From Caecitellus pseudoparvulus (lineage: Eukaryota > Protista > Bigyra: Bicosoecida): 64,000 nucleotides of DNA. A program made the translations under genes and the position numbers. The DNA lies in NCBI GenBank assembly GCA_965644315.1, contig CBFFRQ010000067.1:372001-436000 (forward strand), given 5' to 3'. The notes beneath the pieces were generated by a model. That model saw only the letters and a program-made list of their open reading frames with translations. It was not told the origin of the DNA and did no database searches. Below, one piece after another: positions 51,799 through 64,000 of the stretch (positions are counted from its first letter, which is position 1; each line of letters starts with the position of its first letter).

Positions 51799-53042
51799 TC
51801 GTGGACGAGTTGCACTAGGTGAAGCGCTGCGAGAGTAAACGCAGCGTGCTTCAAGAACGAACGAAGCCGCAAAGGGCACTCCATGGTGGGGAAAACTGCA
51901 AGAGTAAGTGTAAAGTGGGCAGAGGTCATTCATGAATGTGTCATGGTCAGACTTACGCCGGAGTTTGCGCAGTACGGCGTCGCCGAGTCGGACTTGCAGG
52001 CGCTGGCGCAACGGCTCCGCTGTCAGCTGCACAAGTCAAGGCATGCTTTGCGAGAAGCTGCGGAGTGCGAGGAGGGGACCTGGACTGGCATGCCAGCATT
52101 TTCGTGGTAGGAAAGGCTGGGGTGCACTGGGCGAAGTGGCAAAGTGTGCAGCGCGCATGAGGGGTAACGCCGACAGCTACGCTGCAAGTCGACTTCCGCT
52201 TTTTCCGAGTGTGCCGAGCCGCTGCAAACGACGCGCGCAGGTGCCGAAAACTGCACCCTGCCACGCGGCGAGTGAGGTATGATGCGAGGTCTGGTGAGCT
52301 TGCAGAAATGATAACATTGTTCTGATTCCACTTAGTTTGTCCCAGCTGCTTGCAGCCTGCTCGTAGGGAGAGGCCGTGCCAGAAGCCGCCATGCCCTGCT
52401 TTTTCCGCGATTTCCTCCTCGCCCCGCACCTCCCCTTCCCTCCCGCACCCCAAAATCCACAAGTGCGAGTACAGCTTGCACATACACGACTTCCATTTTT
52501 ATGGTACGCTGGGTAGTCGAATTTCGGACAGGGTGACCCCTGCGGGCGACCAACATTGTCTGGAGACAGCACCTTGCACCAACAGCTTTGTGAGGCGTGT
52601 TGACGTGCGTCACTTGCACAGCGCTCGCGGCAGACAGCAAAGCTCAGCCTGTGGAAACAGACTGAACGCAGGAAGAGCTTAGGTGAGTCATACTTTACCT
52701 GGTGCACACTGGGGCGCGGGGCGCGCGCCTGCCTCGGCCAGGGTCGACGAGGGAGGATGGCGTTGTGGGAGCTGCGGGCTGTGCGGAACCTGGAGCATTA
52801 GCTGCAGTTGTGGGCTATTTTGGCGCGCTCCGCGGATGACCTGCACGTCTGTGGACGTGCCATGCGTGTGCGCTGGTGTCACATCGGCTTTGGCGCTGTG
52901 ACGCACGGCCGGGGGCGCCTGCCACAGCCACGCTCGGGGCGAAGTGCACTTCACCTGCACAGCTTGCAGCTGACTGGCGCCGCCAGCCTATACATACAAG
53001 CGCAAGATGCCCACACCGTCTCACACACTGTTTTCGCAGGTC

Positions 53043-56000
53043 ATGGCTATGTGGAAGTGCTCCCTGTGGAGGACGCTCGCTGTGGCAGTCTTCCTCGTCA
53101 CTGCTTTCTCCCAGTGCCTCGGCGTGCAGCTCGCCGAGGCTCCTGTCACAGTGAACTTGGCAGCGCTGCTGAATGGAAAACTGGCGCAGGAGATCGACAG
53201 CGCAGTGGGCGAAGAGGGCCTTCTCGTGCACCGTCTGGGCATGTTTGGGTCCGACGTACTGCCAGACTTGGCCGTAGGGATGCCCCGCTATGAGTGCCAC
53301 GGCGGAGAGCGTGACTGTGGCGCAGTCGTCGTCATGCTCCTGGGCATGGGCCCGGACGCACAGCAGCCAGTTGTTGTGCAAAAGGCAGTGCAGCTGCGAC
53401 CTGACGCCCCAGGCTCCCCCTTTCCTGTGGAGGAAGGGGCTGAATTTGGGTACACGATGGCGTACATTGGTCCGTCCTGCTCAGCCGCGCCGCATGGTTG
53501 AGATGCAGCACGAACCTCACTCTTCTGCCCCTCCCATGTGCCCTTGCTCAGGTGAACTGGACCAGGACCCTTCCACTGATGAGTACGCCATCGGCATGCC
53601 TGGCTGGGGCCGAGGGATGCTCGCGCTTGTGGGACTCACTGACACGGTTGAAGTTGCCCACTGCACCATCGTCGGCTCCGATGACAACATCGAAGTGGAC
53701 GCCTCTGAGCACCTGAATGAAGGAGATAGGATGGGCTCTGCCGTCGTCGCGCTTCCTCCGCGGGGCTCCGATGCGGCTGAGCTCGTGGTAGGCGCGCCGC
53801 ACCATGAGGATGGCCGGGGCTGGGTGGGGCACTTTGGTGTGGCTTGGGATGGCAACATCTTGCACTTCACAAGGCTCCATTTCTTCATGGACAATGAAGA
53901 AGACGTTTTGAGCGGCATGCTTCCGGAATCTTTCCTGGCAGGCGAGTCACTCACTGCGACCCGAGGATCACTGTTCTGCCCCGACTGCGCTGTGGTTTTC
54001 GTCAGCGCTCCAGGAGCTGCTTCATACCAAGGTGGCGTGTTTGCGATTGACTACGATGGCGAACAGCGTCCACGAAGCGTCCAGTTTCTGGAGGCAGGAG
54101 GGCCGTGGGAAGACGCGGCATTCGACAGCGGAAAGTTGCGCGTTTCTGATGTTGCGCCGGATCTCGATGGCGACGGCTTGCCAGAGCTTCTACTGCACTG
54201 TCCCGGAGGCGATGACGGCGATGGGGCGTTCCTTGTGGCAGGGCTCATGGGAGGAGCAGGTCGCAAACCAGCTGTTCGACTGGATGGGAGTGAAGACTCC
54301 TATCTGCGCCTCGGCGCACGCTTTGGCTCTGCCGCGTTCCTCTCTGCCAACGGAGCATCGATTCAGAATGGAGAACATCGTCAACCATTGATTGCGTGGG
54401 GAAGCATTGAGCCAGCACAAGTAGCGTTTGGTGTTCTTGACGTCCCGGCTGCAGAGGAGTGGCTGCCATACTCTCTCGCGCTGTCGAACCGCCCCGATGT
54501 AATCAGAGCGTCAAACGAAGTCTTCGAGCTCAATATCGACGCTGAGGCGGGAGAGGTTCCATCAAGTGCATTGGGTGGTCTCAGCCTTGCCATTGTTCGA
54601 GGTCTGTGCCATGGTGACTTCGCAGGTCGCCCAGACGCGTTCCTTCTGGCCACGGGCATTCCTGGTGACAGCTCAGAGAATCACGGTCGCGTCCTGGTTC
54701 GGTACATCGACGACCGCAACCTGGTGCCCATGTCTTCTCCAGGTGGCTACTTGCTCAGGGGAGAGGAATTTGTCCCACGAACGTCCTTTTTCGGCCATGA
54801 CGTCGCGTCCATTGGCGATGTTGACCTGGATGGCGTGCCGGACTTGCTCGTGGGCGCACCCGAGTCCAGCATGGCTTTTGACCACTATGCAGGTGACCCT
54901 AGGTATCGTGGGTTGGTAACCATCTTCTATTTACGTCCAGATGGACGTGTGGACCAGCCCTTCACGCACTCTGGCCCAGAAAATGAGGGATTTGGGTCCG
55001 GCGTGACTGGCATCGGGGATATTGACCGGGACGGCTGTCCCGACGTTGCCATTGGCGCCTTCCTGCATGCAGGGGGGGAAGGGGCTGTGTTCGTCTTCTT
55101 ACTCAGGCCTGATCGGGACTCTCCATTTGGAGACAATGCGGTCTTGGTGCCTGGGGGCAACCTGCCAACGTTGGAGAGCATGACAGGAATTGGCGAAGAC
55201 CGACAAGGATGGTTTGGCGAGGGCGTCGCCCATGTGCAAGCTCACCTCTTCGAGCCCGACCTCACGACCATCGCCGTGTCTGCGCCAAGATCAAACGGCA
55301 ACTTGGGCTCGATCATTTTCCTTGGCATTGATACCGAGCTGAGCCTTCAAGACCTCTTCAGCATCACATCTGGAACGCAAGACCTGTACGGCACGACCCT
55401 GACTTTTCAGGAAGAGTCCTTGTGCACCTTGAGGGCCGCGGCAGGAACATTCCCAGCCACAGCACGAACACCTTCAGGGACATTTCCTCAGCTTGTGCAG
55501 CTGCCCATCCAGTGCAGGACGGAAGCGTTCATGCTCACAGTTGGCGGTCAGCGAGCTGATGGCCAGCCTCCACTCATGAGGTTCGATACTCTTGGCAGGG
55601 AAAGAGGCGGACTTGGATCAGAATCCTTTTATGAGAAGCCCACCTTGGCCTTTGCTGGAAACTTCACGCAGGCCATGAGGTCTGGGCACCCTGCCGTCAT
55701 CATGGGTCTGCCGTATGGTGGTGTGGATGAGAAAGGTGTCGTGCACTTCGTCGAGTACCACCCACTGCCAGAAGCCCTGCCGTGGACACAGCGCACGCCG
55801 AATCACCATGCGCTGGTTCCAACTCAGCGCTGTAGCATTGAGGCGGCCCACTTTGAGTCCCATGACGATCCTGTCATGGCAGAACTTCGGTCGAACTACG
55901 CACAGTCCAAGAACCTCGGACGAGCCATGCTGCCCTTTGATGCTCTGTGTGATGGAACAGCTGAGGTGTTCCTTGGCATCCCAGGTGCCCGCATGGTGCA

Positions 56001-59000
56001 TGGGGCGTGTTCAGGCGGCGTGGGCAGCTATGGTGGCCTTGTTCTCGGTACGTTGCCGCCGACCGTTGCTCCACTTGCCGCGTTTACGCATGAAGATCGA
56101 CTTGGAACCATGCCAGCGGCAGCTCTGTACTGCTCAGAGGAGCACCAGAACTGCGGTGCAGCTCTCGCGCTGCTAGGAGACGTGGATGGCGATGGGCTTC
56201 CTGAGCTTGCCGTGGGCTGCTCTGGGAAAGAGTACTCGGGCACTGGGGAGGCCATCCTCATCAGTCGCGTCCTCTTCGATGGGCAGTTGGAGCTGCTGCA
56301 CTCCATCAACCGCAACGACGATGCCTTGCCAAACGGGGTGATTGGAAGCTCTCATGGTGAAAGTGGGTTCGGCATGGCACTGGCTGGACTGCAGGAAGAC
56401 TTGAACGAAGACGGCGTCGTGGATTTCGTCGCCGGAGTGCCGTTTGCCCACGATACAGATGGTGGCATGGTTCTCACGATGTTTTTACATGCAAGTGGAA
56501 GACTGGATTCCTTCGCTGCGCTGGAGCTGGGAAGCGGAGGCATTCCGATCTTGAGCTCTGGGGCCCACCTTGGCCACAGCCTCGTTGCACTGGGCGACGT
56601 GACAGGAGACGGGCTTCGCAACGGCATCGCCATCGCAGCACCAAAAGCTCAGCCCCCCGTCGTGTTGTTGGGGCTAATGCTGCCCAATGGGCATTTTGAG
56701 GAGCGATTTCAGATCTCAATGGGCACCACGTGCACAGATGGCCCCGGGTTTGACTTCTCGCTGGTGCTACCGAAAGCCGGCGAGCCTTCCGTGCATGGAG
56801 GAGGCGTTGCGCCAGACCTGAACGGTGACGGCGTGCCAGACTTGCTCCTGGCTGATATCAATGGGCCGTCTCTGGAAGGCGCAACCAGCCACGGAACAGC
56901 TGCCATCGTGTTCTTGAACTCAGATTTCTCTGTGCGCAGCTTTGAGGCCATCCGTCCGCAACACCCTCAGTTTCTTGGGGCCAGCGTACTTGGACAGCTC
57001 GATCCCAGCGAAGGCAACACCCGGTGGGGGCACTTGGCTGTCTTGGGTCTGGATGGGGCCCAAGCAGGCTTGTCCATGTACGCAGGTGCATGGGGGCACA
57101 ACGCGCCAGACGCCAGCAGCTCTGGAGGACTTGTCCGGTTCACATGGGTGCCGCCTCCAAGCTACGCCGGTGGCGGGGTTGCTGCGTGGACCAGCATGGA
57201 AACTGAACACGCTGCTTGTGTGCTGCAAGATGGACAAGAGTTGAATCCCACCCTTGATCCGGCCCTGTCAGGGCTGGGTGCCTTTTCTGGAGGGGGTGCC
57301 GGGGAGACCTTTGGGTCCTCCATGGCGCCGCTGAACGACATTGACCACAACGGAGTGGTGGACATTGCAGTGGGCTCTGCGCTTGCCGTCCATGAGAGTG
57401 TTCAAGCAGGTGCCGTCACCATCCTGTTCATGCGTGACGACTTCTCTGTGAAGAGTGCGCTGCGAGTGGATGGCAACCTTGGCGAATGGGCGGCGCTGCA
57501 TGAGAACCATGCTCTGGGGCACTGTGGATTCAGCATGGCCTGGGCAGGAGACATCAGCAACGACGGCTACGGCGAAATCGTCGTTGGCTGTCCGTCCGAC
57601 CTTGGCATGGAAGGCGGTGCTGCGATCATTTCCCTCGGCTACGGCGCAGTTGTGAGCAGCATCACTGCCATCGATGTTGGCGATGTTCTGGCCCCGGAAC
57701 TGATCAGCTATGAAGGTGAGACATACCAGGCCAGGGAGCGTCTGGGTCACTCCGTCGCTGTATTGAATGACGAGTGGCTGGACGGAGACAAGGCCGTCAT
57801 AGCGATCGGTGCGCCGCTAACGAATGCGCCCGGCCACGCGCAAATAGGAGCTGTTATATTGCTTGTAGTGGACAAAGGTAGCATGGGGTTTGAGCACATC
57901 GCTTTCATCGGCGTCGGTTGTGATAATTGTGAGTTCCCTGAGACGGACAATCTGCGCCTTGGCTCCAGCGTCGCCGCTCCTGGAGTCATCGAGGATGGCG
58001 GACCTGCAGATACACTCATCATCAGCCACGACTCGCCTGATGTTGAGACGTCAGTCTTCGTTGTAAAGCTCACTGGGGGTTTAGATCACAGACAGCCCGT
58101 TGCTGCTTCGACCACCATTGCAAACTCCGCCCAGCCGATCGACGCTGCTCATCCTGGAAAGTGGCTTGAGTGGGAAAGCCTCCGTGTTCCCGACGAAGAC
58201 TTTGGCTTCGTGGGCAGCAACATGGTCCTCAACACGCGCCCCACGGAGCAAGCAAACAACTTGTGGCTGGGCTCTGCGGCGAATTCGAATGGCGGGCAGG
58301 GCTCGTTGTACATTGTAGTTGCAGACACAGGCGAAGACCCCTTGGCACGGCTGCGTCGATTCCACCATATTCCTCAGGGTTACGGAGCGTTTGACGCCAT
58401 CTTCGACCCAACAGCCACCAACCTCGGCCGCCCTGTCCTGCTAGGCGACATCAACGCAGACGGAATGATGGACATTGCTTTTGGCAGTCCATTTGTGCGA
58501 CATGGTGCACACGTTGATGTGGGAAGCGTGTACTTTGCGTCGATCCACATTGGGCGAGCACTGCAAGTGGCACCACACGCATGGGTTAGCTCGACTGCAA
58601 CACCAACGCCGTCGAGAACTCCGACCCGGACACCCACGCGATCACCGACACCAACAAGGACTCCAACGCCGTCGAGGACCCCGACGTCATCGATGACCAG
58701 CACGGGCACGCCTACGTCTAGCATGACGGGGACGCCCACACGCACGACCACACCAACAAAGACCCCGACGTCATCGATGACCAGCACGGGCACGCCTACG
58801 TCCAGCGTGACCCGGACGCCCACACGCACTCCGACACCAACAAGGACGCCGACAGGCACGCCTACGTCCAGCGTGACCCGGACGCCCACACGCACTCCGA
58901 CACCAACAAGGACGCCGACAGGCACGCCTACGTCCAGCGTGACCCGGACGCCCACACGCACTCCGACACCAACAAGGACGCCGACAGGCACGCCTACGTC

Positions 59001-62000
59001 CAGCGTGACCCGGACGCCCACACGCACTCCCACACCGACAAGGACCCCGACGTCATCGATGACCAGCACGGGCACGCCTACGTCCAGCGTGACCCGGACG
59101 CCCACACGCACTCCGACACCAACAAGGACGCCGACAGGCACGCCTACGTCCAGCGTGACCCGGACGCCCACACGCACTCCGACACCAACAAGGACGCCGA
59201 CAGGCACGCCTACGTCCAGCGTGACCCGGACGCCCACACGCACTCCGACACCAACAAGGACCCCGACGTCATCGATGACCAGCACGGGCACGCCTACGTC
59301 CAGCGTGACCCGGACGCCCACACGCACGACCACACCAACAAGGACCCCGACGTCATCGATGACCAGCACCGGCACGCCTACGTCCAGCATGACGGGGACG
59401 CCCACACGCACGACCACACCAACCAGGACCCCGACGTCATCGATGACCAGCACCGGCACGCCTACGTCTAGCATGACGGGGACGCCCACACGCACGACCA
59501 CACCAACCAGGACCCCGACGTCATCTGTGACCAGCACGGGCACACCCACAACCAGCATGACGGGGACGCCCTCCAACACGCCGACGTCATCTGTGACCAG
59601 CACCGGCACGCCTACGTCTAGCATGACGGGGACGCCCTCCAACACGCCGACGTCATCTGTGACCAGCACCGGCACGCCTACGTCTAGCATGACAGGGACG
59701 CCCTCCAACACGCCGACGTCATCTGTGACCAGCACGGGTACGCCCACTGCGAGTGCCACTGGCACTGCAACTGCAACAGTGTCTGGCACGTCCACTGCCG
59801 CTGTGACCGGCACGCCCAGCAAGTCAGCAGGCGCCACAGCTTTGTCCACTCCGTCACCGTCGGGCACATCCTCCGTGACGCCTTCTGTCACCTCCACTGC
59901 CAGCGGCACAGTGACTGCCACCAGCAGCGTGTCGCCGACAGGCACGGCCACAGCAACGGTCTCTCCAACGGGCACCAGCAGTGTCACGCCGTCAGTGACG
60001 AGCACAGGGACGGCGACAAGCACTGTGTCTGGGACAGCTACAGCGTCTGTGACTGCGACGTCATCTGTGACCAGCACGGGCACGCCCACGACCAGCATGA
60101 CAGGGACGCCCTCCAACACCCCGACGTCATCGATGACCAGCACAGGCACACCCACAACCAGCATGACAGGGACGCCCTCCAGCACCCCGACGTCATCTGT
60201 GACCAGCACCGGCACACCCACGACCAGCATGACGGGGACGCCCTCCAACACGCCGACGTCATCTGTGACCAGCACCGGCACACCCACGACCAGCATGACG
60301 GGGACGCCCTCCAACACGCCGACGTCATCTGTGACCAGCACCGGCACACCCACTGCGAGTGCCACTGGCACTGCAACTGCAACAGTGTCTGGCACGTCCA
60401 CTGCCGCTGTGACGCCGTCTTCGAGCAAGTCAGCAGGTGCCACAGCCTTGTCCACTCCGTCACCTTCAGGCACATCCTCTGTGACGCCCTCTGTCACCTC
60501 CACTGCGAGCGGCACAGTGACTGCCACCAGCAGCGTGTCGCCGACAGGCACGGCCACAACGACAGTCTCTCCGACGGGCACCAGCAGTGTCACGCCGTCA
60601 GTGACGAGCACGGGGACGGCGACAAGCACTGTGTCTGGGACAGCTACAGCGTCTGTGACTGCGACGTCATCTGTGACCAGCACGGGCACGCCTTCCGTGA
60701 CGCCAACCGGTACCGCGACTGCAACAGTGTCTGGCACGTCCACCGCCGCTGTGACGCCGTCTTCGAGCAAGTCAGCAGGTGCCACAGCCGCCGCCACAAC
60801 GTCCCAGACTGCAACGTCCACGCAGTCACCCTCCCAGACAGCGACACAAAGTTCAACTGTGACCCAGACGCCTTCGAGCTCGGCCTCGAACACACCGACG
60901 CAGACAAGCTCAGTCACGTCCACAGCGACGACTTCGTCCACGATGAGTCCAACGCGCTCAGCAACAAGCTCAGGAACTGCCTCGGCGACAGTGACTCCCA
61001 CTGGGACACCATCCCTGACAAGCTCGCCTTCTCCTTCGAGGTCCTCGGGAGCAACCGCGGACCCCACGACTTCTCCGACTTCGACGGCCAGTCAAACTGC
61101 AACTGGAACTGCCTCGCACACTCCGACAGGGACAGTGTCCAGCACTGTGACAGGAACTGTCACGCCGTCTCACACGCCAACGGGCACAGCATCTGCGAGC
61201 GGGACGCCATCTGCGAGTGGAGTGGCGACGCAGTCCCAGACACCGACTGCTTCGCAGTCTGCATCCAGCACAAGTACCAGCACTGGATCGCCTTCCCCCT
61301 CGGAGACCACGGCACCCACGACAAGCGCGACAGTCACTTCGTCGAGCACATCGTCGGCAACGCCGTCAGTATCGACAACCTCGACTCAGAGCCCTTCGCC
61401 AACGGGTTCCGCCACAGGATCGTCTTCGGCCTCACCTTCCAACAGCGAGGCCGCAATCAGCCCTACTCCCACTCAAAGTGCGAGCACGACCCCATCCGGC
61501 ACCGCAAGCCACACACCAGTCGCGAGCCCTTCGTCGGCTGTGACAGTCAGCCCCACGCCCGCCACAACCCCAACCTCTGCTGTGACCCCGTCTCCCGTGG
61601 CTGCTCCAGTGGACTTGGTCGGTGAGCAGGGCCCATCGGTGTGGCTGCTTGAGGCGGTGCCCGGCACGCTTGCTCCCGTCTCTTTGCGGGTGTTGCGGGA
61701 CCGTGCAGCCTGGCGCCTCATCTCGTTCACTGTGCGGTTGGGGAGCCATGCTGACGGCTGGATCGCCCAGGTGAACACGCAGCAGGCTTCCTCGCACCCG
61801 GCAGCTCTGCAGGCCGCTGCAGTGGGATCTGGCACCTGGTCTGGGGAGGATGCCGTTGCACTGAGTTCTGCAGCAAACAGGTACCCATCCTCGCTGGAGG
61901 GTTCACCGAAAGTCGCCTTCATTGGCGCAAGGCAATCTGGGCGCATCTCCACAAACTCTAGCATCCTCTCCCAAGAACTTGTACTGAATGTCTCGCTTCC

Positions 62001-64000
62001 CATGGGAGCAGACTACACCCCCAGTGTCCATTTGTTTGACTTGCAGCTGCTGCGACACACCACTGGTGAGGTCCGGGCGGCTGTGTCGTTGGGCATTGTC
62101 GTGGAAGTACCAGAGCTGGAGGTGGCGCCGCAGTCCATCCAGGAGCTCGTCAAGCCCCATGTGGATGGCGGGTCCACTTCCACAGAAACCAGCATCACTC
62201 TGCGGAACCCAGGAAACTCGCCCCTCAAATGGGTGCTGAACTTGCCCTCCCAGCCTTGCTGGCTCACTCCGATATTGGGCAGCGGTGTGCAGGCGTGTGG
62301 CGCTGGGTCGCCTGCTGGGAGCTGTGCGCGGGGCATGATTGCACCTGGCGCGTCTCAAGTCGTAAAGTTGCGCATCGTTGGTTCTGCTCTTCGCGCTGGG
62401 CAGCACAACACGTTTGCCGAGTTGACGAGCAACGCAGGCGACATGCACATCCCCATCAAGGTCGTCGTGACGACCTTGTCCGTGTGCCCTTCCCGACTGG
62501 TGCTCGGAGACGTCCACCCCCCCGCAAACATGGATCCTGCTTCGGGATTCGTCAGGCATACCGTTCCCGTGTCATTGGCCAACGTGGGCGAGGCCCCCGT
62601 GAGAGTGGCTGGCCTTGTCCCAATTCTGGCAGAGGCTTCAAGCGTCGCCGCTGCCCTGTCGACGAGCCTGGTCTCCTGTGGCGCGGCCTCTGGTACATCA
62701 GACATTACTCAGGAAGTGCTGCAGCTGCAGGCGACCCATGGTGCCCCGGATTGGCTGTCTGCCGTGGCAGGAGCCTCGCAACCAACCTTCCAACTCATCA
62801 AGTCTGCGGCTGATGCGGGAAGGGCAGAAGTGATGCCCAGTGCCGACACCATCGCTGTTGGTGCAGATGGCACCATGTACGTGACGGTTGAGCTTGGGGC
62901 ACACACGAGCCTCGGTGCAGACCTGGGGCGCCACGTGAGCAGCGTGGTGGTTCTACTGCAAGACACCATTCGCAACAGCACGGAAGCCAGGGCGGTGGAA
63001 GTCGAAGTGACGACTGTGCCTGGACCTGTGTCCGAGGCTACCTCCACGATGCAGGTGCTTGCAACGCGTCTGGACGCAACTGAGCGGTCGCTCGAGTCTG
63101 GCAGCAGCGGCCCTGCCACGACTGATCGGGCTTCGCGTGTGGCACTCGTCGCGCTGCGCGATGCCTTGGGCCATGCCAGACCTGCAGGATCAGATACCTT
63201 ACAGCCGCTTCTTGCGCCACAGAGTCTCGACACGCTCACTGCACCAGCATGCGCCGCTGCATCGTCGCCTGCCTGGGAATCTGCCGCGGGCCAGGTTGTC
63301 ACTCACGAGCTGGAAGGCGCGCGAGCACTGGAAGTGCTGCAGAGCGCACAGGTGCGAGACGATCAGAAAGTTGCTCTGCAAGCGCACGTTTTACGGGGAG
63401 GCTCCCTCCTCTCGGTGCACGCTGTTGCCCAGACTTCCGCCGCGCTGCCGCTTGTCTTGCGAGCTGTCAGCCTTCCTGTGGCACAGCTGACGTCAAACGT
63501 CGCAAACGTGCAAAGTACGCTGGGGGGTGCTTCCACTTGCCAAGGGGAAGTGGGCTTTGCGCAGAGCGGGCGCGTCGACGCTGGCCAGCTATCCGCCCTT
63601 CCCGCTCAGCTGCTTGTCCCTACACCTGCGCTTGACTCCAGCGCGCCTGGCCGGCTGCTGTCCTCGAGTCCGTTCATCACGCAAGTGTCCACTACGGGTG
63701 CATCGTGTTCTGGAGATGGGTTGGTGCTGGACCCCGCCACCAACTTGACCTGCACGTGTCAGCCTGGCTTTGCGCTGTCCCCTGCTCTCCGTGGCAGCCC
63801 CTTCACGTCCACGTCCCTCCAGTGTGTCCCGTGCCCGGCAGGGACGTCACGTCGCGGGCCCACGCTCCGATTCGGCGACGAGCCTGGAGCGTGCTTCCCT
63901 TGTGCGACAGGCACCTTCTCCCTGGAAGGGTGGCACAACTGTGCGCCGTGCCCGGCGAACATGCAGTGTACGAACGGCATGGTCTTCGTGACATCGGGCC
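53043..64000 (+). CDS. Giant FG-GAP/integrin-alpha-like multi-beta-propeller surface protein (>3600 aa, 3'-truncated by the window)
   Basis: Exon 53043..53469 carries a signal peptide; intron 53470..53551; the frame is then stop-free to 64000, so it is absent from the ORF track. Many repeats such as FGHDVASIGDVDLDGVPDLLVGAP, GDIDRDGCPDVAIGA, GDVDGDGLPELAVG and GDINADGMMDIAFGSP. Thr/Ser/Pro stalk; BACON-like ITLRNPGNSPLKW; Cys-rich CVPCPAGT...CFPCATGTFS. Confidence 0.88.
58588..61600 (+). repeat. Coding Thr/Ser/Pro-rich hierarchical tandem repeat (mucin-like stalk, about 1000 aa)
   Basis: Units TPTSS(M/V)TSTG, TPTSSVTRTPTRTPTPTR and TPSNTPTSSVTSTG, plus a block duplicated at about 600-nt period (about 59710 and 60310). 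Confidence 0.9.

Noticed and set aside
52690-52702. ATACTTTACCTGG resembling the U1 snRNA 5' end
   Set aside because: An extra T breaks ACUUAC, and no U1-70K loop or U1A loop (AUUGCAC) follows.
58380-61067. 895-aa Val/Gly-rich minus ORF
   Set aside because: Antisense shadow of the Thr/Ser/Pro stalk of the FG-GAP gene.
1-64000. Alternative genetic code, non-canonical introns, endogenous virophage or transposon
   Set aside because: Conserved proteins (RFC2, ALDH3, GGT) translate normally with ordinary stops, all modelled introns are GT-AG, and I saw no AT-rich island, terminal repeats, integrase, transposase or reverse transcriptase.

Overview
Eukaryotic nuclear DNA: GC-rich, very gene-dense (about 24 genes in 64 kb), with short canonical GT-AG introns (about 55-110 nt) and the standard genetic code. 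A Sig1/Ocm1-type tubular-mastigoneme EGF protein points to a flagellated stramenopile; a bicosoecid/Cafeteria-like phagotroph is my inference. Housekeeping genes include a CKK-domain protein, an ankyrin+EF-hand protein, a NYN nuclease, a Glo3-type ArfGAP, a tandem-SCP2 peroxisomal protein, an NDUFB3-like subunit, an SLC25 carrier, ABTB1, a TLDc protein, ALDH3, a thioredoxin-like protein, a calcineurin-B-like protein, a GGT-family enzyme, RFC2, ZMAT2/Snu23, an SLC35-type transporter, eIF1A and SMN. There are two giant surface proteins with Ser/Thr/Pro stalks. One is a >3600-aa FG-GAP multi-propeller protein that the ORF track misses because it runs off the window. Strongest hunt results: (1) the hexamer AATGCA lies on the sense strand at or within 90 nt of the stop codon in 11 of 23 genes. 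I found it nowhere on the sense strand inside genes, and it occurs as the palindrome AATGCATT between two convergent gene pairs, so it is a candidate non-canonical polyadenylation signal. (2) The giant integrin-alpha-like adhesin. (3) A SNARE-less longin+TM protein. (4) A Snu23/ZMAT2 whose zinc-finger cysteines are lost. All gene models and motif counts were made by eye. I saw no mobile element, CRISPR array, rRNA or tRNA.
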